Source: Marsupella aquatica (lineage: Eukaryota > Plantae > Marchantiophyta). Taken from it: a stretch of DNA of 64,000 nucleotides. Made by a program: the position numbers and the translations under genes. The DNA lies in contig OZ316896.1 of assembly GCA_973895155.1 (NCBI GenBank), positions 19,890,754-19,954,753 of the forward strand, given 5' to 3'. The notes under the pieces were generated by a model. That model was given only the letters and a program-made list of their open reading frames with translations. It searched no databases and had not been told where the DNA came from. Positions 50,077 through 60,571 of this stretch are shown here, piece after piece. Numbering within the stretch: position 1 is the stretch's first letter; each line of letters opens with the position of its first letter.

Positions 50077-51091
50077 CAAATTCAAATGACGACCACTGCA
50101 TAAAAAGGCGCAACCTTGTATTATAGTTCTTGATGTGACATCTTTTTCTCACCTTACCATCTTTTCTCTCTTTGACATATTTTTCTCAGCTCGAAATGTT
50201 TTTCTCTTATGGACATCTTTTCTCACCTTGATATATTTTGTCACCTTAACATGCATCATTTGTGCAATGCACAGGTATGAGGCCCAAGATGTACTTAACA
50301 ACATCTTTTACTTCACAACATTTTTGAGTAATGACATACTCTATCTATTGACCATTTTGTACTTAACAACATCTTAATACTTAACAACATTTTTGGCATA
50401 ACGACATCATTGCCGGCATGACATCTACTTACTTGACACAATTTTTTACTTGATGACCTTTCGGGCAACATGCCATCTTTCGCAAAATGACTTCTTTTTC
50501 TTAACAACATATTTTTATTTCATGACATCTTTCACATAAGAACATCATTCTTGGGAAACACAACATATAGTTCTCTTAAGAGCATTTTGGGCGCCACAAC
50601 ACTTTCCTCTTAGCAACATCTTGGGGGACACTACATCTTGGACGCACAACATTTGTTTTCTTAACAATATCTTGGGCGCCATGATATCTTTATTTTAATG
50701 ACATTTTGGGCGACACAACATCTTTTTTCTTAACGACATTTTTTGTGCAATGCACGGGTATTTTCCCTCAACAATGTCTTGGCCGACACGACATCTTTTC
50801 CCTCAATGATGTCTTTGCCGAGACAATATCTTTTTTTCAACGACATCTTGGCCGACATGACAACTTTTTTTTCAACGACCTCTTGGCCAACACGACATCT
50901 TTTTTCTCAACGATTTCTTTTCTCTCAACGACCTCTTGGCCGACATGACATCTTTTCTCTCCACAACCTCTTGGCCGACAAGACATCTTTTCTCTCAACG
51001 ACCTCTTGGCCGACACGACATCTTTTTTTTCTCAACAACATCTTAAGCCGACACGACTTCTTTTGTGCAACGCACAAGTATTGAGCCAGTT
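50077..51091. repeat. Right-end repeat complex with Helitron-like 3' terminal hairpin
   Basis: ~35-bp units TCTTGGCCGACACGACATCTTTT..CAACGAC; TGTGCAA(C/T)GCAC motifs near 50261, 50744 and 51064; the last is TTGTGC-AAC-GCACAA followed by GTATTGAGCCAG|T. 50077-50136 also repeats 38660-38720 in direct orientation. Confidence 0.8.
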
Positions 51092-52170
51092 CCATATAAT
51101 TGAAGAGTTGGGTCCAAGCTTCAGGTAAATACTTGACTGGCCCCTCTAATGAAAGATATTCCTAACAAGCCCCTTTTCAAATATACTTAATGGGCCCCTT
51201 GTCCCCGTAACCCTTTCTCACCACCTGTCATATTTAATTTTTCCATTTTTTAATTATAATGTACTACAAACTTTATACGAGTCAGTCCACAAGATGTACT
51301 ATCTTTAGGAAGGTGAACCAATGGGATTAAACCCTAAAATCTACAGTACCACATTTCGTTTTATCGGAGATTTTCTAAACTCTAAACCTTTGCAAAGGTG
51401 CAAACATTCTTATAACTGCCCATTACAAAAGGGGAAATATTCTCTTCCACTAACCTTATACATACAACAATCATACTGAAAGAGTTTGGATAAAACATAG
51501 TAACATGGAAATGCAAATGCAAATTCCAACAATACATATGATATTACGCAAATATGGCCAATAACGTGATTGTTGTACCCTTTATATGCTTTGTGACACT
51601 TGCAAATTCTGTAGTGGAAGGTCTTGTCATGTGAAAATACTCGATAACGCTCGTTAGAAACAACGATGAGCAAGTACACCACATCCGCACCTATATTTGC
51701 AGCTTAGAGACGACCATTACTCGAGAGGCACTTTCTTAGATTACTAGATTAGACATGCTAACAGACGAGAGAAGCCAAGACCGAAACCCGAGATGAAAAC
51801 TTATTAACCGTCCACTAGAGCAACATTACAGCACCCACTCGCAGCATTTCGTGATGGAACGAGAATAGTCCACAATCATGTCGCGAACGCCCGCACAGTC
51901 AGTCAGTCCCGTGTAACGGGCACACAAATCAACAATGGAGCTCTCACCCCTTCTCTCAGTATTGGCTCGAGACACATAACTCACAACTACTCCAGCCTGC
52001 AATTCGCACTTGGACTGGGCCTCCATAATGGGTTTGCCGGACACCTTCATTCAATATCGTTCAATTCCTCCACACCTGGAGCTTCGTACGTGGCTCGAAG
52101 GAGCACGGGAAAGTACTGAGAGCCGTAGACTTTCCGCCATGAGTGGTTTTAATCTAGACAACTGACTCAA

Positions 52171-52780
52171 AAGATGTGATTCGATCTTCCATTCTGCCAA
52201 GTTAAATTATTCACATTGACAATTTAGCATAATTCTCGTACACTGCGTTAGCGATTGACAATTTGACACCATGCATTGGTGAATACCGTCGGACTGACGT
52301 CGTGTCACTCTGTGCAAGTGCGCATACAATCATACTTTATACAGTACTATACCTTGACTCCAGTGTCCAGCCGCAATTTCCTGGTAGCATACGTAGTTAC
52401 AGTGTGAGTGTTCTCTATTCCAATCTCCCTACCAAGGACTGCCCCAGTAAAGAGTAGTACACACGTAGAAAACTGTCTCGAAAGATGTGATTCGATCGTC
52501 CATTCTGCCAAGTTAAATTCACATTGACAATTTAGCATAATTCTCGTACACCTGTGTTAGCGATTGACAATTTCACACCATGCATTGGTGAATACCGTCC
52601 GACTGACGTCCTGTCACTCTGTGCAAGTGCGGATACAATCATATACTTATAGTCTTATACAGTACCTTGACTGAAGAGTCCAGCCGCAATTTCCTGGTAG
52701 CATACCGTAGTTACAGTGTTCTCTATTTCAATCTCTCTATTGACGCCAAGGACTGCCCTGGCCAGTAAAGAGTACACACA
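52171..52780. repeat. ~310-bp tandem duplication
   Basis: AAAGATGTGATTCGATC ... CCATGCATTGGTGAATACCGTC ... CCAAGGACTGCCC begins at both 52171 and 52481. Confidence 0.9.
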
Positions 52781-55700
52781 TAAAAGTTTTCAAATCTGAT
52801 CGTGAGCTTCGTCCGCTCATTCCGACGGGTAGTTTCCGACTGTGGTTCTCCAGCCAAGGACACTACTGTATTGTGTCGGAGGGGAAAACATGAATGAAAT
52901 GAAATCAGCCATCGTCGAGACCATCGACTACGTCCGTATTTGTATTTAATTGTAGAATTGTTCATTGGTCTTTTCAGACTGCACACCATGAAAAAACCAT
53001 TATTTGTTTCCAAGCCCAAACAACGTTCTGGCCTCTTTCAAGCCCAAACTTGAGTTTCTGGCCTATTTCAAGACTAATACTGTTTTGCGGGGGATTTGCC
53101 TCATGAAAGGTTTTTCAGACTGTAGGCTTTAGGATTGCATTGTCTCCCTAATTCCTGAGACTGCCCATAAATATTTCCAGCCCCCACCCCGCTTTTGGAA
53201 GGTAAAATTTTGGTGTTGGATGCCATTTTAGAAAGATTGTTTAATATTTGTGAATAATTGTCCACCATCCACTTTGTTAGCAAATGATTGATTGTATCGT
53301 TGATCAATCAGCTTCAAGATCAGCTCAGAACTAGAGTTAGACATTGTTGTGTGTTAAGTAATTCAAAACTATAAAGCTTCATTTACTCTTTCTCTCCTAT
53401 TGCACGACCATGCTTAGACTCCGTGATGGAGTGGCCACTATCATTTATCTTGCATACCTATGCTCTGACTAATCAACTGCTGTCCTTTAACAACAACAAC
53501 CCAGCCAAAATGAACACTCGGACTTCCACACCAACAAACCATGAGAAACAATCATTCCATGGTTTTTTTTACCATGGTCAAATTACAGACAAGGGCATAT
53601 TACATGTCAAGGAAAGACTGGGATTAATTATGACAGCTTTTATGCAAAGATGTCTTTTAAGCAACAATATCTTTTATTACAACATGTTTGATGCAAAACT
53701 TTGATTCTTTTAAGCATGCAATGAAACCCTAAATGCAACATGACCTTTCTAATTTAATTGTGCAATGTCCTCTTTTGCATACTTAGAAGATCATATGAGG
53801 CAAGGAAGTTGTTGAGGCACCTTATGTATTATTGCGGCAGTGTTGTTGCCCCTGTTGTTGTCTCCATGTTATCATCATGGCCATAGTGTAATTGTGGACA
53901 ATCATGTAATCATTGGGGCCATGTTGCTGTTGTGGCCAAGCTATTGAGTGTGCAAGACAGTTTAGTGTGCAAAAAATAGTCAAAGAATAGAAGTGATTGA
54001 AAGAATAGAACTAAAAAATTGTGTCCTAGAACTGGCCAGCTATGTAGTAGTGTCAAAGAATTTGTATTCCCATTTGTATTTTCACTGCTTCTGAAATATT
54101 GGAAAAGCTGCCGCCATAAATAATAATGCTTGGAATCTCTCAAAGACAGTCAAATAATCTTACTTTCTTAGTTGGTTTATTGAGTTAATACTTTAATATT
54201 TCCTGGCCAAATATGCACTACTTGGGTTATTTAAACTTCGAGGGGTCCACTACAGAGTTCATTTGGAAAAGAAAGAAAAAGGATAATATTTTGTGAATTC
54301 ATCCTCTTAGAGACAGTGCCCTATGGTACTCAATGTAGGGTGCACAAACTTTAGGGTCAAACGGCTTAAAACAACACCATTTTCAAGATCTATTGACCTA
54401 GGATTCAGAAAATACATCCGGGCTACATCTGATTAATTGGATGAAATATGAATTTGTATTTGGATTTGGTGAGTGAGATCATATCAGTGAGAGCCCAATT
54501 TTTCTATAGAGCTACCTTGTTGGTCCACTTTAGGGAGCATGTGTAGTCACGGTGCCCCACCCTCCCAGCCCCAATCCCCTCTGGCCACGAGAGCATGTGG
54601 ATGTTATGGGTAAATCAAGGATGGTGAAGAATGTCCAATGATGACATGACAACTGGCAATATATATTGACTTGTGGATCATTCCAAGCTAACCCGAGTTA
54701 CTTTGCTCAACTAGTAGTGGTAAAAAAGAGGGAAAAACATCTTATCAGATATTCAACAAAAAAGACTATGAACTCGATCTCGGTTGGATTGAGACATTAT
54801 CCCGAGCTGCCCACCCTCTGGACTGCTTAAAGTCAGAAGCCAGTTTGGACCAAAAGAAAGGGGTGGGTTGTCCTTTGGGTGGGTTTTTGGAAGTTTTCTT
54901 GACTTTTGTGGAAGCACACCTTGAATAGTTTGCTCATGGGAGATTTCTCACTTTGGGGAATTAAGGATGCTTTAGGATGCCTTGAGTAGGTTAGGCCTGA
55001 GCAACAAAGGACATTATTTCATCGTTGTTTTGTTGGGGCATTACTCAAAACTGTTCTGTAATTACAAATTAGACGATGCCCCAAGTATGTTCCATGACAA
55101 CAACACTAACCATTGTTTGCATAGAGATTGAGATAAGACAGAGGATAAGGCAAAAAACTGTCCCTTTCAAGCACCCACAAGTGATGCTCCAAACTGCCAA
55201 GTAAGTTGATTGAAACAGGCTACAAATGGTGAGGACCGACTATTTATGTTGAGCAAAGATGCAACTTGCAACGACATGCACATGACCATCCAACAAGCAA
55301 ATTAATAATCAATATAGAGAGATACGTGATTCATTTCTAATGAGGCTAAGTCAATGGGAGTACACAAGAACTTTATAGTACTCTAGGTTTGTTGGCCATA
55401 TCAAGTGGCTTGCAACAATAAAGCCAAAATTCCTTTCACTAGCAAACACTTGCTTGATGTGTATATATATAGGATTACCATGGCTAACTTTAACCAAGTC
55501 CGCAATAACGGTTAGCCTAACTATGACTACACTCATACTCTAGACCTAAGAGTAAGAGTATGAGTAAAATAATGCCTACCATGTCACATTTGAGTCGAAC
55601 ATGAAAAGAGCTATCCTAGAATATTTTAATGATTTGGACTTTCCTCTTGAGATTCACAAAAGTGAGTAACAATGTACTCTACAACTTACTTTTTAGATGC

Positions 55701-56803
55701 AAATTTTTGCCAAAGTCCACCTTAATTGCCAAAAAGTTTTCGCCACTCTTGTCCAAAATTGTCTAGATTGTTTGTCTCCCATTAGCCAGTTTAATTTTCC
55801 AGTAGTCACAAACCCCTAGTAGAAATTACATTCACAAAGAGGAAAGCACCTCTCTCAAAATGTAGAGCTAGAAGGGAGGCATGGGCTTTATACATTTTAA
55901 ACTGCCAAGGGAAAAACCCAATCTAAGGGAGACTGGGATTTTGCAACAACCCAATGGAGAACAGTCAAAAAGCCACAAGGACCAGGGCATAAGCTTTATA
56001 GGAGGGGAAGCTTCTCAGCGTGGTTCAGCATTGGAGGTGGACGTTGTTTGCATGACAACGTGATGGCGAGAACACAGGTTGTGGTGGGCGGCTTCATCAT
56101 TGTATGGGCGCTCGCCTTGCAGGTATGGTTGTGCTTCGTCTGCCTGTGCATGAACTCTGATGTCGTTTGATGGTTTCCAGAAATGCTTGAACGATCTAGA
56201 GAGTTTGGAGTCCAATTTTCTATCTTCTCTGAAGCATTCACCCTCACCATCTCGTCCAATTTTCTCCCTGGGAACAGGGGGTGTATGTAGCTCAGCTTGT
56301 GGTGAGCTCATCAATAGGTTTTTTTTAACTTTGCGTTCATTCTCTCGCCTTCAAATCCTGTAATGGAACTTGCCCTCTGCAAACCCTAAGGTGCCCTGCT
56401 GCTTTCTTCCCTTCCCCGTCTCTTCCTTCGTCAGTAATGTGCGAAGCACCTGTTGGTGTGGCCTCCAGCATAGCTAGCTAAGGGACTGTCAGGGAGTTTT
56501 CAAAATTTCAATGGTTTTTGTGCCCTGGCTGCGCTTGTGGAGCTGATATCCCCTGTATCTCGGCTTTGGTTTTGTAATTTATGATGCTTATTGACTGGCA
56601 TGCAGGGACAGATGATGTGGTTGAAACGACAGGAGGCATTCAAGCAAAAGTTTGGAGATTTGCAGAGTGAAGCACCCGCACCCGTTGTTCAGATACAAGT
56701 AGAGGACCAGTCTCGTTCCCTTTAATCTTGGCATCGTCCGGAAGTTGCTGATTGAGGGTTGGACTTCGGAGTTCTAAAAATCAACTTGTTCTGAGAAGCA
56801 CAA

Positions 56804-57459
56804 ATGGCGACGGAAAAGGTGCTGCATAAAGGCGGTTGTCACTGCAAGCGCGTAAGGTGGCAAGTCAAGGCACCTTCAGAGGTAACTCTTTTTTAACAAC
56901 AGATTGTATCATTGTACTTCTTCTCGATATACGCTACAGCAATCTTCTGTAACATACTCTGTTCCTCATGTAAAAGTCCAATAATATTCTAGAACTCACT
57001 CTTTTGTAAGCACACATTTGATTTTGTGCCCTTCGTAGTGCAAATCCTTCGTCTTTAATGCTGTAGGTATGTAGTTCAGCAAATCAGTGACTGATTACGG
57101 GGACAATTTGTGGCATGACGTCAATGAAGCTGGTATGCTGGGATTGCAATTGCTCCGACTGCAGCATGCGCCAAAACCTCCATTTCATTGTACCTTCCAA
57201 TGATTTTGAGCTGGAGGAAGGTTCACAGCAATGGTTAACTTTGTACACGTTTGGTACGCATCAGGCAAAGCATCTCTTCTGCAAGGTCTGTGGAATCTCC
57301 TCCTATTATATTCCTCGATCTAATCCTGATGGCATAGCCGTGTCAGTCCGTTGTGTAGATCCCGGAAGTGTCAAGGGTACAGAAGTGAAGAAGTTTGACG
57401 GACAAAATTGGGAAGCAGCATACAGTACTTCTTCTGTATCGGTGTTTTCGAAAGGTTGA
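56804..57459 (+). CDS. CENP-V/GFA (Mss4-like) domain protein
   Basis: Exons 56804-56881 (MATEKVLHKGGCHCKRVRW) and 57130-57459 (CNCSDC ... HLFCKVCGI ... PRSNPDG ... FDGQNWE); phase-0 GT-AG splice. Confidence 0.93.
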
Positions 57460-59629
57460 TTTGGATTTTCAGCTCATAGTTCCTGTTGACTATCTAGCAC
57501 CCGATTTGTTTGCCTTGAATCTTGATGGCCCGGTGTTAAAAGGGTTATCTGGTTGGGTCAGATTGTGAATTGTTTAACAATTGTTTAGATGGTACCACGG
57601 CTTAGTAACACATTGAAGAATTTACCACTTGGTTACCGAAACTGACAATCATTGATAGCAGCGGTGAAAAGATGTCATCGCGGTATGCTCATATTATGAA
57701 TTGGTCAACGGTTGAGAAATTTCCCTGACGTAATTCACTAGAAGGTGAGATGGTAACCCTGCCTGGTAGTGTCGAAGAGTTCAACAAAGGGTTGAAAGGA
57801 TTTCCCTCAAGATTTTCACGGACCTCAGAGCTCTTTCGGATGCCCTCTCATCTCATGTGCCAGGACTCATTACTCTTAATGGATATGGCAAAGACTTTAG
57901 TAATGCAGATTTCCTGTGCTAGTATCTCCTGTGGAAGGTGGCTTCTGTTGGGTATGGTGTCTGAGTAAACTCGTGCTGCTCCAATTAAGAATTGGAAGTA
58001 CGGATTTGAATTAGATTATGAACTTGAAGATGACTGTCCTGGAGACAGATGCAATTGTTTGCCGAATTTTAATGCTGCGAGCTCAATTCTCGTCGTTCAG
58101 CTGAACAAAAAAATGTGATCGCAAAACACAACTGGGAGGAATCTCTGGCCTTCCTACCCCTTGATTCTTTTGCATCAGCAAGAAGGAGCTCAGTATGTGT
58201 GTGAACGTGAAGCTATGAGAAGAAGCTCTCAAGGAGCTGTGGCCTGGTTTTTGTTGGCCAAAACCTGAGACCATGTGTCTGAGAACAGAAGCCGTGAAAA
58301 AATTCAGACAGTTTGGATGTGGAGAAAAGTCAAAAATCAATCTGAAAGTTTGAGAACATAACTGCAAGGTTTTACGAACAAATAATCGCCTCCATTTGCA
58401 AACCTTTGTGTGAGCCCATCTTTCGTCAGAGTAAAACTGTGAATGCACTCTTCATTTACATGGATAGCAAAACACGCTTGCCTACTTTTTGCTTGGGAGG
58501 GCTCTTAGGCAACAGCCACTGGCATCTGACAGTTGGGGTGACAAGGACGACATTTGCAATTGAACAAGCTTCCCTTTAGTAGATATTAACCACTCACAAA
58601 GCTTAATTTCGGAAACCTGATCGTCTACTTTATTTTTCATTCCCCAGTAGTGACAGGGAGGGAATGCTCGCTAACATTCAAGTTTCATTTAATGTCGAAA
58701 CATAAGGGTTTTTTAAGTCTCATTCAATTTAGGCCTGATAAAATATGACACCAAATGTGTGACATTGTCTCCCTATTGCTCTCACATTACCCAGTGCGCT
58801 TGAACCTTCAAGATATTCACTCTGACTACGAGAATGATTAGAGGTTTAGGCAGTATTGCTACTTTGATAAGGGTAGAAATGATTCATTCGAAGAGACTTG
58901 AAGAGCGGAAATGTGGCTCGCAGGATGTGGAAACTGTTGGCTTGATACAAACCAAGCTGAACCACATCAATTATGAATTATAACAAGAGCCTGCCCATAA
59001 TAAACACGAAAACGTGGATTGATAATGGATCGTAGTTTTGGTACATAGTTCTCAGTTACAGTTTGACATTATTGTACAGGGAAAGTATCATTTTGTGGAA
59101 ATTCTCTGACTAGACTACCGACATAATCACGCAGAGAATTTAAGAAGGGATAGAAAAGAAGGATGTTGGGACCAACCTTTTTGCATCTGTGCCTACTCTT
59201 AAGAGAAAATTAATGCAGGTGTTGTAGTCGTCTTTCTATATCGACACGCGTCCTAGTTGCAGTGAGGAATCAATTCAAGGGACTCAACAAAAGGTCGTGG
59301 ACCCTTTACCCAGAACGCATCTGGAAACTATCAGGGGTACTTGCCGATGGCTAATTTGGAAAGCCGGCTGTGACTTGAGTATGGATGGATACTTTGCCAC
59401 CACGAGTTTGGCCCAAATATCCAAATTACGGTAAGGTTAAAGCCCTACTAGATTACCTGACAAAGCTTAACGAGATATGACAGAATTGATCGTAGAGGAG
59501 AGAGCCGACGCCATTTCTAAAGGGAAACGGAACTGACTCAACAGCTTCTCCGTTCGGAATTTTTTATAATCCAAGATTTACAGTGCTTCCATCCCTGGAG
59601 ATAGACTTAAGTTCCCACTATGGATGTAG

Positions 59630-59840
59630 TGTTGAAAACGTGAACATACCATAATATGAACTAAAGGTGCAGAGACGATGAACCAATAAGTAGCGGCAGC
59701 TGCAGCCGGGAAGGAAGGGAATCAACGTCCAGGAGAGAGACCCTAAATCCGACAGCAGAGAGAGAGCCCGATAAATACGCGCTACACGACAAGATCAGAT
59801 CTTCCTCGTAACGGCAGGAACTTTCTACAAAGTTCCAACA
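59630..59840 (-). repeat. 3' LTR (211 bp) of the copia element
   Basis: Bounded by TGTTG ... CAACA. On the minus strand it is preceded by the polypurine tract CGAGAGGGGG (59841-59850). The adjacent 5 bp TGTAG (59625-59629) is the predicted TSD. Confidence 0.85.
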
Positions 59841-59872
59841 CCCCCTCTCGAGGAAGATTTAGTCTGAGAGGG

Positions 59873-60535
59873 ATGTCGATCCAAACAGGAGAAATGAAGA
59901 CCGAGACAGGACGGGCAATGTGTCGTGCAGTGTTAAGAACGTTATGGACAGTGTTAGAGGCAGTGGGGTTGCTGCTCCAAATTGCCCACAAGACAGTGAA
60001 GCTGTTGGCGCGCTTGGTGAGAGAACTGGAGCCGAAAGATGATTGTGGTCATGAAGAGATCAAAAAAGTGGCAGGTGGCAAGAGCGAAGCAGGAGATGAA
60101 GCCCCCTCTGATGCATGGATTTCTCCACCGAAAGTGCCGAAGAGTGTGCTGGTAGCCCCCTCTGAGTCCGAGCAGACTCCAAGGAAGAAGCACACACAGG
60201 AGGAGATGGAAGTCGACCAGCAATGGAAACCATGTAGTAAGGAGCAACAGTATGCGGCAGCGTCGATTCTGAGGAGATGGCCAAGTAAGATGAGGGTTCA
60301 GCAGAGGGCGGAGGAGCGAGAGGGGAGCCGGATTGCTGGAGGAGTAGCGCCGAAGAAGTACTATGCAGTAGCAGTGGGTCGAGTACCTGGAATATATGGA
60401 TCGTGGGCAGATGCAAGCATGCAGGTGACGGGTTATTCAGGGAATTGTCACGAGGCATTTAGAACATTGGTAGAGGCGGAGCAGTTTATGAGGTATCATC
60501 GTAGAGCAGTAGAGTATGAGATAGATGAGCATTAG
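59873..60535 (+). CDS. Antisense extra ORF of the copia element, 220 aa, with C-terminal RNase H1 N-terminal / caulimovirus viroplasmin (hybrid-binding) domain
   Basis: ATG-initiated open frame between PPT and pol stop; KKYYAVAVGRVPGIYGSWADASMQVTGYSGNCHEAFRTLVEAEQFM fits the YAV..GR..GIY..W......V.GY.......F....EA..F pattern. Confidence 0.85.
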   Translation: MSIQTGEMKTETGRAMCRAVLRTLWTVLEAVGLLLQIAHKTVKLLARLVRELEPKDDCGHEEIKKVAGGKSEAGDEAPSDAWISPPKVPKSVLVAPSESEQTPRKKHTQEEMEVDQQWKPCSKEQQYAAASILRRWPSKMRVQQRAEEREGSRIAGGVAPKKYYAVAVGRVPGIYGSWADASMQVTGYSGNCHEAFRTLVEAEQFMRYHRRAVEYEIDEH

Positions 60536-60571
60536 CAGAAGGGATAAGAAAGTGATAGATAGTTGAGTAGG

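Larger units (their letters stand above)
38036..51091. mobile_element. Large (~13 kb) DNA-transposon-like unit: DDE/D transposase plus divergent multidomain cargo gene; exact ends uncertain
   Basis: Transposase at 39425-42982 (-) and cargo gene at 42989-48976 (+). Inverted repeat AACTAGCTCAATACTCGTGCGTTGCACAAAA (38036-38066) versus TTTTGTGCAACGCACAAGTATTGAGCCAGTT (51061-51091) matches at 29/31, with subterminal minisatellites on both sides. No TSD seen. Confidence 0.7.

Noticed and set aside
38028-51100. Target-site duplication for the large unit
   Set aside because: Flanks of the inverted repeat (TTCTCT on the left, CCATAT on the right) do not match at any boundary I tried.
55881-56560. Short ORFs upstream of the CENP-V/GFA gene
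   Set aside because: No identifiable family; possibly TE debris.
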